A stretch of DNA of 35,358 nt from positions 1 through 35,358 of the forward strand of contig KZ987737.1 in the NCBI GenBank assembly GCA_003614145.1, given 5' to 3'. The notes below the pieces were generated by a model. That model saw only the letters and a list, made by a program, of their open reading frames with translations, was not told the origin of the DNA and did not search any database. The first letter of the stretch is position 1; the number at the start of each line of letters is the position of its first letter. The position numbers and the translations under genes are program-made. This document shows, one piece after another, positions 1 through 11,031 of the stretch. The DNA comes from Piptocephalis cylindrospora (Eukaryota).

Positions 1-29
1 CAAAGCGTCGTAACGCGCCCCACAGCCCA

Positions 30-132
30 CCCCCCCCCCCCCCCCTCCCCCCCCCTTTTTTTTCTCTTTTTCCCCCCCCCCACCTCCCTTTTTTCCTCCC
101 CCCCCCCCCCCCCCCTCTCTGCTGCTCCCCCC
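30..132. repeat. Low-complexity poly-C/poly-T pyrimidine tract upstream of esterase 1 (G-rich on the minus strand)
   Basis: Long homopolymer C runs interleaved with T runs, ending about 120 bp before the ATG at 252. Confidence 0.8.
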
Positions 133-251
133 CTGTAGTTATCAGGCAAGCACCGTCTTCCCTAATAGCGGTCCCCCTCCATATCCTGACATTATCTTTT
201 CCCTCGTACAATCCCAGTTTCGTTCGCCTTCACCCTCCTTCAGCCCATCTC

Positions 252-1994
252 ATGACAAGCACTGAACCATCTCATCCAGTGCAAGCACAGGCCAGTGACG
301 CTTCTAGTGCTCAGGGCAAGAAGAAAAAGAAAGAATGGTCACTCAAAGCATTTACCAGTAAGCGCCACCAGGCCCCATCCTCCCCAATACCCAACACTCC
401 GGTGGACAGCGCCATGGACATTCAGAATAGTGGAAAGAGCTCAAAGGAGAGAACCAAGGCCATTGCGATCAATGCGGTCAGCTCAGACGAGGGACACATT
501 GGGGCTGTGACGGGGATGAATGAGCCTGTGAACCTGAATCCGCCTCGAGTGCCCCGTAGCTTTATCACCACTCTTCCCTATGCCGTCATATCCTTTCCGA
601 ATGTACTAATCCGCCGGGCGCGTGGCCACTCTTACCATGCCTCATGGAGCTTCCGAGATGAGTATGTGGTTAACCTTCTCCGATTTACCCTGGGCACACC
701 TCGATACGGACACTGGCGGTTTCTCATCATGTTGGCTGGCATGCTGGGTCGGACACGGATCCCGATTAGTCTTGTCGTAGAAGAAACCTCGAACAATCTC
801 GCTCAGTACACCTTTACCGCCTACCAATTCACCCTTCGTCGTCCCAATCTAGGGGTAAAGGGGAAAAGGGAGGAGAAATCAGCAAAGAAGATCAAATCAA
901 GAGAAGAAAAAGAGTCAGCCAGGACAACTGCCACCTCTTCCCAGGAGACCGCTGCCTCAAATATCATCCTAGGAGAATCCACAGCAACCTCAACTACTAT
1001 CAATTCGCCAGACATGCCCCCTTCCCAAAAGGACCCATGGGTCATCCTGTACATGCATGGGGGAGGTTACTCATCGGGAAGACCCATGATGCACGCAGTC
1101 GTGTACAAGTACTTGTTGAACAATTTACAGAAGAAGCATGGAATTAACCAGGTCCGGCTTGTGGCTCTGAAGTATCCCCTGGCACCGGAGCATCCGTATC
1201 CCGCGGCCATTGACACAGCCATTAAGTGCCTGACATGGCTACGGGAGGCCGAGGGGATCCCAATGGACCGAGTAATCCTTGGGGGAGACTCTGCAGGAGG
1301 GGGCCTGTGCATGGCTGTGCTTCAGAGAATTAAAGCGCGGTACGGGGATGGGAGCGAGATGTTTCCCGGACACGCCTTTGTTATCTCCCCTTGGGTGCAG
1401 CTGTCCGACCAGGTTCCGTCCTATGTAAACCGGATGAATGCTCGTACAGATTACTTGGTCCCACGGCTTCTCAAACCCTTTGTAAACGCATACATGCGGG
1501 ACGGAAAGACCGGGGAGCTCATTGCCCCCCTGGACCATCCGCAAGTGTCACCAGGGACGGCTGATTGGTCCGGGGTGCCTACACGAATCCTTGTGACAGT
1601 CGGAGGCAAAGAGATCTTTTACCGTAGTATCGTCGAATTTGTCGACCTGGCTTCCCAGGGTGGAATGGAGGCTCGACTCATCTCGGACCCGGACATGCCC
1701 CATGTCTATCCGACGCTGATGGACTTTTTCCCCAAGAATGCCCGGAGGACCCTTGATGAGATTGTAGATTGGCTTGCCGAGGTAATTGAACCCGTAGAGA
1801 AAGAGAAGCACCAGGAGGAAAAAGAGACAGGATCCACAGGGGGAAAGGTAGACCGAGAGGACACAAGGTCCTTGGATACTGAATCAGATCGAATTGAGGT
1901 AGCCAAGCCATTAAGAGAAGAAGTGCCGAAGTCGTCGGGAAATGGGGAGGCATCAATGCCGTTGAGGGAAGGGGATATGGCCGAATCCATGTAG
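252..1994 (+). CDS. Alpha/beta hydrolase (HSL-like/Abhydrolase_3, steryl-acetyl-hydrolase-like esterase/lipase), paralog 1, intronless, 580 aa
   Basis: HGGG oxyanion motif (YMHGGGY), YPLAPEHPYP, nucleophile GDSAGG, ISPW, acid motif GGKE, His motif DMPHVY; no signal peptide. Confidence 0.92.
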   Translation: MTSTEPSHPVQAQASDASSAQGKKKKKEWSLKAFTSKRHQAPSSPIPNTPVDSAMDIQNSGKSSKERTKAIAINAVSSDEGHIGAVTGMNEPVNLNPPRVPRSFITTLPYAVISFPNVLIRRARGHSYHASWSFRDEYVVNLLRFTLGTPRYGHWRFLIMLAGMLGRTRIPISLVVEETSNNLAQYTFTAYQFTLRRPNLGVKGKREEKSAKKIKSREEKESARTTATSSQETAASNIILGESTATSTTINSPDMPPSQKDPWVILYMHGGGYSSGRPMMHAVVYKYLLNNLQKKHGINQVRLVALKYPLAPEHPYPAAIDTAIKCLTWLREAEGIPMDRVILGGDSAGGGLCMAVLQRIKARYGDGSEMFPGHAFVISPWVQLSDQVPSYVNRMNARTDYLVPRLLKPFVNAYMRDGKTGELIAPLDHPQVSPGTADWSGVPTRILVTVGGKEIFYRSIVEFVDLASQGGMEARLISDPDMPHVYPTLMDFFPKNARRTLDEIVDWLAEVIEPVEKEKHQEEKETGSTGGKVDREDTRSLDTESDRIEVAKPLREEVPKSSGNGEASMPLREGDMAESM

Positions 1995-2069
1995 TGCTGT
2001 AGCCATCAGCGAGCATGGGTTTTCGTCGCTATTCGTATGGTCAAACCTAGCAAGCATAGTAATACTAGT

Positions 2070-2098
2070 CTAATAATAACAATAATAATGGCAATAAT
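2070..2098. repeat. Imperfect (AAT)n microsatellite in the 3' flank of esterase 1
   Basis: taataataacaataataatggcaataat. Confidence 0.6.
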
Positions 2099-3553
2099 GG
2101 TACAAATACTTTTATATGAATAGATATTTAAATCAATAGGGAAGATGCCCCGATCCAATGCCATCGTCACGCTAGGATGAACTAGGTTACTTTGACCGAT
2201 CATGCGCTACGCAGGGGAGTTTAAAGAATGAGAGATGAGATGGGAGGGGATAGGAGGGGATGGAAAGGGATGGGAAGGACATGTGGACATGAGAGTGGCA
2301 TCGCTAAATATGCAAGGCAACTCTTCATATTCCAAGGAAAAGAGGGTATCTTTAGTCCATACTGGCTATCTTCCGCCAATCTTCGAGTGAATGCGCATAG
2401 AATAAGTCATAGAAATGCAGTAGATGTTCCCCATGAGAAAACATCACCCCTTCGCATTATCCCATGTCCAGGGAACATCACGGAAATCCATGCATCCCTC
2501 GGGTCCCATCCGTATTTGCATCTTCAATCTAGGTGGATCATGCTGAGCGCACACATGCCACCCCACTCTTCTCTTTTACCATACAATTTTCTTTTACAGA
2601 GGCGCATTCGACTTTAAATTACCTTCTCAACTCCCAGCTAACTAGTGAGGGATGGACACCCATCCGCTGCACCCTTCATTTCCCATGATCCCATGTCATG
2701 ACAGGGCTAGATGCAGACGACATCAGATGATCTTCCTTCCTCAATTTACACTGGCATACTAGACGCTCAAAAGCACAAGCCCATGGTATGGTGCTTTGTG
2801 TGTGCACAACTACCATGGTTTATCCGCCCATATCCGCTCTCATTGGCCCTTGGCCACTCCCATTCCCCTGGACCCATCCCTCATTGGAGCGGAGTAGACG
2901 GGGTGTGAAGACGGAGTTTGACTGCGGGGTTCTTCATCTCCCCCACACACCCACAAACCCCGACATCAGAAAGCATCCTGTTGCCTCCCCCTCCTCCGTC
3001 TGCCAGTAAGCAGGAGAACCACGTCCCTCCATTGACGCATTCGAATCATCCTTCCACCGGTCATGGCCTTACCCCATTGCAGAGAATGCACAGTGTTCCG
3101 AAAGAATGACCGGACCACAAAGAGGACGGCCCCACCAGAGGAAGGACAGTAGAGCTGCGCCAGAGATGCACTGCCACACCTTCTAAAGCCAACTGTACAT
3201 ATCCCTGCGTCTCCCCATCCTTCTCCCCTTCTCCTTTTTTCTGCTAATCACTCACTTTACCACCGCCACTTGTTACGACCAGCAGGTAGCAATCTACCTT
3301 TACCATCTTTCCCAGTCCCTTAGGTGCCCTTGCGTCTCCATCTACCCCTCGGCTCCTCGCACGTCGACGACCCACCATTGTACCCGAGTGTGCATGTGTC
3401 CTATTTGAACTCCACCCGACCTGACCTCCCATCGTCCTTGACCTCCCTCTCCCCCCCATCCATTCTCTATTCACTTCCCATTCTTCCTTGACTCTTGCCT
3501 TTACCTAACGCTTCACGCACACTTTTCAACTCTCAATACCCAGCTCTTCAATC

Positions 3554-4951
3554 ATGGATAATCCACCCCCAGCCTCCGTCACCATTCATACCATCCCACG
3601 GCCAGGATTCAGCCCTCGCAGGGCCGCCTCGGACACCGCGGTCCTGGCCATGCGATCTCCTCCATCCAGGCCCAGGGGATTTACTAAATCGGGTCTATCT
3701 CCGGCCAATACGTCGCCGGTGCGGGTGCCCCGCAACCTCCTTACCACTTTCTCTTACTTTGCCTTGTCCACTCCTCTGGTGGCCTCCAGGCGAATCCGGG
3801 GCAAGACTCATCATGTGGGCTGGGACTATCGGTCCGAGTTCATCACGGGCTTTCTTAAATTCTCCCTAGGATCCCCGGATTTCCAGCAATGGCGTCGTCT
3901 GACTGGCATGGGTGCCACCTTTGGTCGGATCATCTCTCGGGACCTACGAATCCGTCGAGTCAAGGAGACCTTCGTTGATGGTTACTGGATCAGCTTAAAT
4001 AGTGCGACAAAGCGGGCTGCCCTTAAGGCCAAGCCGTACATGACCATCTTTTACCTGCACGGTGGGGGCTACACTACAGGCGAGCCTCTGATGCATTCAG
4101 GGGCCTTCCAGAAGCTCTTGACTTATCTGAGTCGGGATCATGGACTTCATAATGTCCGATTCTTCGCTGTCAAGTATCCCCTAGCCCCAGAGCACCCTTA
4201 CCCAGCGGCCATCAATACGGCCTTTGACGCCTACCACTGGCTCACCGTGCTAAAGGGTGTGGATCCGTCCACGGTTGTTGTGTCCGGGGATTCGGCGGGC
4301 GGAGGCTTGGCCCTTTCCCTCCTCCAGATGATCCGGAATGCCTCCCCCTCCAAGGGTCTCTCCCTCCCCAAAGCCTCACTTCTCATCTCTCCCTGGCTCG
4401 AACTCCTCAAGGAAATCCCCTCCCATGCCACCAAAGAGATTACCCGGAAGGACTACCTGTCCCCTCGTTGCACCCGACCCTTTGTCGAGGCCTATCTCGG
4501 CAACTCGGGCGCCTCCCTCGTCGACCCGCTCGTCTCCCCCTTGTATATGGACTTTAAGGACATTCCTCCAATTATGATTACCTGTGGGGGTGTAGAGCTC
4601 TTCCGGGATAGTATCACATCGTACTACGAAAAGGCTCGGGATGCAGGGATCGACGTTTTTCTTGAAGTGGACATGGATATGCCCCATGTCTATCCCATGC
4701 TCGTAGATTTTTACGGAGCAAAGTCCCGCAACGCCCTTCGCAAGATGGCTGAGTGGCTTTCCGAGATATGGGAGGGGGATATCATTTCCTCCCCTTCCTC
4801 GACTCCAGAGCCCAAAGTCCTTCCCAAGGGGGCAAAAACCTGTGCTAGTCCCGAGGATATGTGGGAGGATGCGGATGAGTACTTTCCCGGCGAGGCTCCC
4901 ACCAAAACTGCCTCTGCGCCTCCACTTCAAGAAAAGACTTCTCTTCCCTGA
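3554..4951 (+). CDS. Alpha/beta hydrolase (HSL-like/Abhydrolase_3), paralog 2, intronless, 465 aa
   Basis: YLHGGGY, YPLAPEHPYP, GDSAGG, ISPW, GGVE, DMPHVY; shares the PxRVPR...HxxWxxRxE N-terminal block with paralogs 1 and 3. Confidence 0.92.
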   Translation: MDNPPPASVTIHTIPRPGFSPRRAASDTAVLAMRSPPSRPRGFTKSGLSPANTSPVRVPRNLLTTFSYFALSTPLVASRRIRGKTHHVGWDYRSEFITGFLKFSLGSPDFQQWRRLTGMGATFGRIISRDLRIRRVKETFVDGYWISLNSATKRAALKAKPYMTIFYLHGGGYTTGEPLMHSGAFQKLLTYLSRDHGLHNVRFFAVKYPLAPEHPYPAAINTAFDAYHWLTVLKGVDPSTVVVSGDSAGGGLALSLLQMIRNASPSKGLSLPKASLLISPWLELLKEIPSHATKEITRKDYLSPRCTRPFVEAYLGNSGASLVDPLVSPLYMDFKDIPPIMITCGGVELFRDSITSYYEKARDAGIDVFLEVDMDMPHVYPMLVDFYGAKSRNALRKMAEWLSEIWEGDIISSPSSTPEPKVLPKGAKTCASPEDMWEDADEYFPGEAPTKTASAPPLQEKTSLP

Positions 4952-5327
4952 GATACCCCTTCTCTGGCCATATCTACCTACTCAGTCCATCTCTATCTGC
5001 TCTAGTCTACCGCACATCTCTTTTTTACTCCCCTCCCTCTTGCGTACCAGCTGTTCCGTTCTTTTATCCGTTCCTCGATTTTCTTTCAATTTCTATGCCC
5101 ATCCCATAGCTTCTCCTTACAACCAAGTACCAAGTACTTTGGTCCAAATCATCCTCATTTTTCCCCTCTACTCCATTTTTCTGTCAATCCATATCCCTAT
5201 GAAATGTCATGACTTTTCTTTCCTCACCATTCTTGCTGATGCAGCGGTTCTTTGAATAGCGTGGAATAAATTGGAATGAAAAAGAGACAACACAGAACAA
5301 CAACAGCATAACAAAAATGTGCAGACC

Positions 5328-7166
5328 TTACTCGCTGCACGCAACACAGGACCGTCCAGTGAACCGGAACCAAGTGTCCACATGCTCAATGTACTCAAGC
5401 GTATCGGACTTTGGGACTCCAGAGCTATCCTCCTCAGCCGACACTGCAATAGTACACTGGGAATGGGATGTGGATGAAGCGGAAGAGGAGGCGGAGAGAG
5501 TTCGGTCCTTGGTCGAAGGATAGGTCTCCTTCTCTTTCACTTCTTCCAAGATACCGCCATAAGGGGTCCGAGTGGGGGCAGGTGAAAACCATGGGATAGA
5601 CCTCGCCGTACTCGCCCTACGCTTTCCCCCTACGGTATAGAGAAAGGACTGGCAAGCCCCGCAACATCCTTCGCCGATGGATCGCCGGGCTAAAGGGTGG
5701 AACCATCCCCCTTCCTCCTCCTCTCCTTTTGGCTTAGACCCCGCCAAGAAGACACACCCGGCACAGGAGGAGCAGGAGCCCCGATGCGGTGTGGGACGAA
5801 ACCAAGCATTGGATTGAGTCATGGTGGATGACCTTCGTCTGGCCCTAGTCATAACAGAGGAAGCTTCCTTGGTGCCGATTGAGGGAAGGGTGAGGGTAAA
5901 GGGGAGCATCTGAGTAGGTGGAGCCGAGATAAAAGATCCGGTACGGGTCCTGCCCCGGGTTACGCGTCTCACCGCCCACTTGGCCATACGGACCCAGGAC
6001 CGATGAGCTTCCTTGGGATAGGCGGTAGAGTGAAAGGGATGGGCATGAGGCATGGAGGGGGCCACATCCAGTGCCACACGGACACCAAACCTCCCATGAG
6101 CCCTCTCGTAAAAAGCAGCGATGGAACCTCGGAGTAACTCGGAGGATCCAGTGGAGATGAGGATGGGAGGGAGATGCGACATATCCCGAGTGAGGATAGG
6201 CGAGATCCGCGGATCGTGTGGCGCCATCCCACTCCCACTGAGGTAAGCCTCAGTGCAGCCGAGAAGAGTACGGGGAGACAGGTAGTCCTTACGCGTATCT
6301 TCTTTAGTGACCCCACCATTCCATGCATGAGTCCTAAGATCTGTCCATGGGGAGATGAGGATGGAGCCTAGGGGCACCAGGAAAGGATGATGGGCATGAA
6401 GTTGATTGAGAAGGTCCACTGCCAGTAATCCCCCACTGGACTCCCCCATCAGCAGGGTACGAGAAGGATCAATGGAGCCTCGAGAGCACAGATGCTCATA
6501 TGTTGCCAGGATGGCATTTGGGGCCGCGGGATATGGGTGTTCTGGGGCCAGGGGATAAGAAAAGGCAAAGAGCCGGAAGAAATGGGTTCCACCCGAGGCC
6601 GAGGCCAGGGCCTTGAGGAAATGCTGGTAAGTACGGAGGTGCATACTGGGATGACCCGAGATAAAGCCACCGCCATGGATGAAGAGGATATCGATGATGG
6701 GAGCATGAAGTGGAGCCGTGGTATTGGGGTCTAGCCCACCCTCAATCCCGGTGCGCAACCACGTCCATATTCCTAGCTCTTGTCCCGAGTCATCTTTGAC
6801 TGGAGTGACTACTAAGTCATGGGGTCGTAGACGGCCCAGGGTTCGGGTCAGGCTGGCCAGGCGACGCTGATGCGTTGGGTCCGGGGCATCCAGGGCGAAA
6901 CGCAGACAAGCAGTAGTATACTCGGTGCGGAAGGACCAGTCTGGGTGATGACTCTTCCCCTGTGCGCGTCTCTTAGTCACGCTCGGCACGTTCCAAAGGG
7001 CATTCCCGAGGGAAGTTAGCAGACCCCGAGGGACCCTGGGGGGCTGAAGGGTGGCTCTGGTCGTGCCTGACCGAGTAAATGCTCTGGATCGAGGATGAGG
7101 TCTTCTTAGTTGATCCAAAGAGGAGGGATCCTTTGTTGTGGTGTCTTGACTAATCGTGAGTGGCAT
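5328..7166 (-). CDS. Alpha/beta hydrolase (HSL-like/Abhydrolase_3), paralog 3, intronless, 612 aa, with Cys-rich C-terminal extension
   Basis: FIHGGGF, YPLAPEHPYP, GESSGG, ISPW, GSSE, SMPHAH; tail of about 200 aa with CSSCAGC, CCGAC, CVAC. Confidence 0.9.
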   Translation of the reverse strand: MPLTISQDTTTKDPSSLDQLRRPHPRSRAFTRSGTTRATLQPPRVPRGLLTSLGNALWNVPSVTKRRAQGKSHHPDWSFRTEYTTACLRFALDAPDPTHQRRLASLTRTLGRLRPHDLVVTPVKDDSGQELGIWTWLRTGIEGGLDPNTTAPLHAPIIDILFIHGGGFISGHPSMHLRTYQHFLKALASASGGTHFFRLFAFSYPLAPEHPYPAAPNAILATYEHLCSRGSIDPSRTLLMGESSGGLLAVDLLNQLHAHHPFLVPLGSILISPWTDLRTHAWNGGVTKEDTRKDYLSPRTLLGCTEAYLSGSGMAPHDPRISPILTRDMSHLPPILISTGSSELLRGSIAAFYERAHGRFGVRVALDVAPSMPHAHPFHSTAYPKEAHRSWVRMAKWAVRRVTRGRTRTGSFISAPPTQMLPFTLTLPSIGTKEASSVMTRARRRSSTMTQSNAWFRPTPHRGSCSSCAGCVFLAGSKPKGEEEEGGWFHPLARRSIGEGCCGACQSFLYTVGGKRRASTARSIPWFSPAPTRTPYGGILEEVKEKETYPSTKDRTLSASSSASSTSHSQCTIAVSAEEDSSGVPKSDTLEYIEHVDTWFRFTGRSCVACSE

Positions 7167-8921
7167 TGTTGGAGGAGGATGGGAAAGTGGACGAAGGTAA
7201 AGAGAAAGAGGTAGTCTCTCCAGCTATTCATTGCTCAATATCAATGAGGATATAGAGAATTCTAGAAGAAGAAAAAAGAATCATTTCTGTAGGAAAACGT
7301 GGACACAGGGCACAGTGAATAGGAAAGGAGAGCAGGATCTCAGAGTGAGTTAAGGAAACGTGCTGAGAAACTGGATTGACCATTCGCCCGTGCCGGGTCC
7401 GATTTGTGGGGAAGAGCTACACAGACTCTGTATGAGTATCTCATGGCTTGTTGTTGGGGCAAAGAAGAGTGGCTTGATGGATTCAGGAGGAGGGTTGAAC
7501 TGGGCAAAGTGATTTCTTCATGGCGGCTATTCTAGTCCAGACATCTCAAAGGGCAATGTAGGACCTTCCTGTTCCTATAAAGGATATAACAAAGTATCAC
7601 ATCTTCATTGATCCTGGTCGCGCCTTGAAGCAAAGAGCGGAATGTGAAATGTGTGTATCCAGGTGTGGAGACAAGTCAGGCCACATTGCAACCAATACCG
7701 ACAGGCACAGTGTAAGGTATCACTCTATCGGATCCTGACAAGTCACCCATTGTCGGAGTGTAAATTATCAATGATGAAATTTAAATCAGATAGAGAGAAA
7801 TGAAGTAGGGACATGGATGAATCCCAGCCAAATATTCATCAAGTAGCTGGTAGCGACACAAGAGTAAAATAAGATGATTCTTTTTCTAAAAGCTAACAAG
7901 GCCAAGGGATTTTCCCTTTTCACGATATATACTTTTTACCTTCTTACGGCTCCCCACGCCCAGTGAAAGTACAACATCTTAAGACTAAATTCACCTTTTT
8001 GTGAAAAGAATTTGCATATTGTTAGTATCAAGCACTTTGTTACTCAGACGACACCCAAGCTGGAAAGCCCACTACCATTATGGAGGACCTGAATAGTGAC
8101 CTCATCAATGCTGTCTATTTAAATGAGAGGTGAACCTTGTTACAGTAGAATATGAAACGATGAATCAAAATGCATGTTTTTTAGATAATGTCATAGTCTT
8201 TGAGGAGGGATTAGAAGGATGGGCCGATAATTATTTCCCAATCAGAGTAAATATTGGTTTATCCAGCCTTTATAGAAATGATGAATGCTGGGAGCACCAA
8301 GCATACTTTTATTCCGAGAGAAAAATTACCCACGAGGTGGGCGTTATCCTTTATGGACAGAGCAAGATGGGTATTTTCCTCCAAGCCGATAAAACCAAGT
8401 AAGCGTTCAATGATGCAATCTTACTTCTCTCTCTCCCTCTCTCTTTTTATGAGAAAGCTTGCTTAGATCCACCTGTCAAAAGGATCTTCATTCTGTCCCC
8501 CATCCTCATCACCACCTCTCACTGCTCTCCACGTCCAGTGAGGTACAGCGCCTCAAGGCCAGGTCCATCATGACGCTCCTCTCCGCCTCACCTCCCATGC
8601 CCCGACACGCGTGTCTTCCGTTCCGTGTGCATCTGTGTGTGTATCTCTTTCTGAACTCCCGCGATGCATGGTTGCGGTGTTGGTGGTAGACAAAGGAGGG
8701 TAAAGTATGAGAATCTAAGTCAAGGATACTCGCACACATATACACTCACACTCGCTGTATGGCTCATCCCCACCATCGTCGCCCTTTTTTACTAGGCTCT
8801 TCCGCTTTACTCCCCTGCCTTCCTTTCTTCTTTCCTTCTTCATCCCTCCATTCCCTTTCCCATCCCACCCTGAAACTCTCTCTCTCTCCATCAATCTGTC
8901 TCTCTCCTCCTCTCAATCATC

Positions 8922-9533
8922 ATGTCTTGGCAAACGTACGTCGATACCAACCTCGTGGGCAGCCGCAAGGTCGCCCAGGCCGCCATCTTTGGCCAGGACA
9001 AGAGTCAATGGGCTGCTAGCCCTAACTTTACCGTAAGTGAATGATTTATCTTCCTGTTACACATGCCACCGCACTCGACTCACTGTTTCCTCCCTGTTTC
9101 CGCCTCATTAGCTAAGCAACGCGGAGCTAGCAGAGATTGCCTCTGGCTTCACCGATGCTTCTCCCCTTCGCGAAAAGGGATTGCACGCTGCTGGCACCAA
9201 GTACCTCCTTCTTCGCGCTGACGAACGTAGTCTCTATGGAAAGCAGGTAAGTGGCATGACGCATAGCTTGAATCCATCTACAATCTCGCCTCTCATCACC
9301 CTTTCCACATCTTATCTCTGCTCTTAGGGAAGCAGCGGTATTGTGTGTGTCAAGACCGTCACCGCTATCATCGTCGCTGTTTACGGGGAGGGCATCCAGC
9401 CTGGGGAGGCCACCACCACTGTGGAGGGTCTGGCCGATTACCTCATCAATGCTGGCTTTGTAAGTGGAAGATGTACTTTTTTTTACACTGGGAAAATTTC
9501 ACCTCATCATCCTCCTCCCTTCCTATCTAGTGA
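8922..9533 (+). CDS. PFY1: Profilin, 126 aa; exons 8922-9032, 9112-9246, 9328-9459, 9531-9533 (last coding exon is the stop codon only)
   Basis: Hand-spliced MSWQTYVDTNLVGSRKVAQAAIFG...KYLLLRADERSLYGKQ...VEGLADYLINAGF; three GTAAGT...TAG introns, all phase 0. Confidence 0.95.
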
Positions 9534-9655
9534 GCTTCATCCGATCAGGTCTACGTGTGTCCAGGAAGAGAGGGGAAGAAATTTGAGAGAGTGCGTCTGT
9601 CCCTGAAGTAAAAGATTTACTCTCTCTCTTTTCTTTTTTATATTATCATCCTCTA

Positions 9656-11031
9656 TCAATCGTCCTTATCTTTCGCACTGCCCTTCTCATCCCCCTCCCT
9701 CTCTTCTTCTTCATCAATATCATCCAATGTCAAATCATCCTCAGGGACTCCCAAGGCCAACAATTGATCCCGTAACTCCTCATTTTCCCCTAGATAGGCC
9801 ACACCAGCATAGAAAGATTAGGTGAGATGTGTAAATGGCCAGTTCCACCCTAAAATCTCACGCTCAACTCACCTTCCTGAAGATGGTACACCTGAGTCAG
9901 TAGGGTCAATCCTACGTCATACGCCTCCAGTGCCGCCTCATCATCCTCCACCTCCAGGGAGCTACGTAGGATCGATGCCTGGCCCAGCCGCTCCATCCCC
10001 TCGACATCCTCCTCATCCCATGTTTCCGTGACCAGATCCATCCCACGTACAAGGAGGGATAGAGGACTGGTGGTGCCCTCGAGATCATGCGATGCTCGTA
10101 GTGTAGCCTGATCGATCAAAGAAAGCCCAAGCACATAGAAACTTCCTGTGGGGTATTCCTCCTTGGGAACCTGGGCCCACACTCGCTCTATCGCCTCTAG
10201 GATTTGAAGAACTGCTTCCTCTTTCCCCTGCTCCTCCGTTGATAAGGCTGTCCTAGCCACCTCTTGAAGAGCATGTGTGATCTTTAAAAGCCTCTCTCGA
10301 CCCTGAGTAGACTTGGGCAGGTTATGGGGCTCTTTCAAGAGCTGTGAAGACGCATGGGAGATGAATGATGGGTTGAGTCAGGATGTGGCACGGTCCCATT
10401 CCGCGAGATTGACTCTACCTTACCAAATCAATAGAAGCGCCAACCCGGATAAACGCTTGTTTGGTCCCACCATTTTTCTTGAGAAAATCCGTCTCCCCAG
10501 GCTTTTCCTGCCTCAATGCCTATCACATGACATGAGATCTTGATCACTCCCATGCCTTTCTTACATAGCCTCCCCACTTACCAAAGCGTAAAGCTGAGAA
10601 AGGACTTGACCAAGAATACGAGCCCCTTCTTCGGTATGTCGCTCATAGTGTGTGGAAGCCTCATCCAAGAGAGAGGGTAGAGCGAGATACCGACCAAAGG
10701 CAAAGGTAGCGTCGGCCAGCTCAACGGGAGCCTCTTTGACCCCCTCGCTATCCCGGTCTTTGGCTAGGGCAATAGCCTGTTCAAAGAGTTGAACGGCGGT
10801 AGGCCGAATCTCCGTGGAGCCTTTAGCTTCCTCCAAGGCAGCTGTGAGGAGATCAGCCACCACTGGGGTTACAGCCCTTCCTTCCTGGTCCTCAAATACC
10901 GGGGCACACCCAGAACACGACGAGTCTGAGCAGGAGGGGGTATGGCCCTTTGGCGGCGCCGGTGTTCCCCTCTCTTCCTTGGACAGAGGGTTCGATCGCC
11001 CAAGGCGTTTTTCCCTGGTTATCTTTGGCAT
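9656..11031 (-). CDS. Helical-repeat (TPR-like) protein, possibly Ett1/Nro1-like, 382 aa; exons 11031-10582, 10519-10424, 10341-9873, 9789-9656
   Basis: Frame-consistent splicing with GTAAGT/GTAAGG/GTGAGT donors and TAG/CAG acceptors; basic N-terminus MPKITREKRLGR, HxxxCxxxxCxxC motif, amphipathic helices, acidic tail. The gene model is solid, the family call is weak. Confidence 0.7.

Noticed and set aside
30..132. Poly-C tract as a functional G-quadruplex or telomere-like element
   Set aside because: No repeat unit; pyrimidine-rich leaders precede most genes here, and homopolymer lengths may be sequencing artefacts
2228..3474. Short ORFs between esterases 1 and 2
   Set aside because: No motifs, several non-ATG starts, no consistent splice model
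4376..4930. 184-aa antisense ORF and similar antisense ORFs over other genes
   Set aside because: Shadow frames of GC-rich coding sequence with no independent coding signal
8130..8466. 90-aa and 70-aa ORFs in the AT-rich stretch as a transposon or gene remnant
   Set aside because: GTG/TTG starts, no recognisable transposase or RT motifs, no terminal repeats seen
9595..9606. CVCP at the end of the intron-retained profilin as a CaaX prenylation signal
   Set aside because: Terminal Pro is not a usual X residue and the isoform itself is unproven
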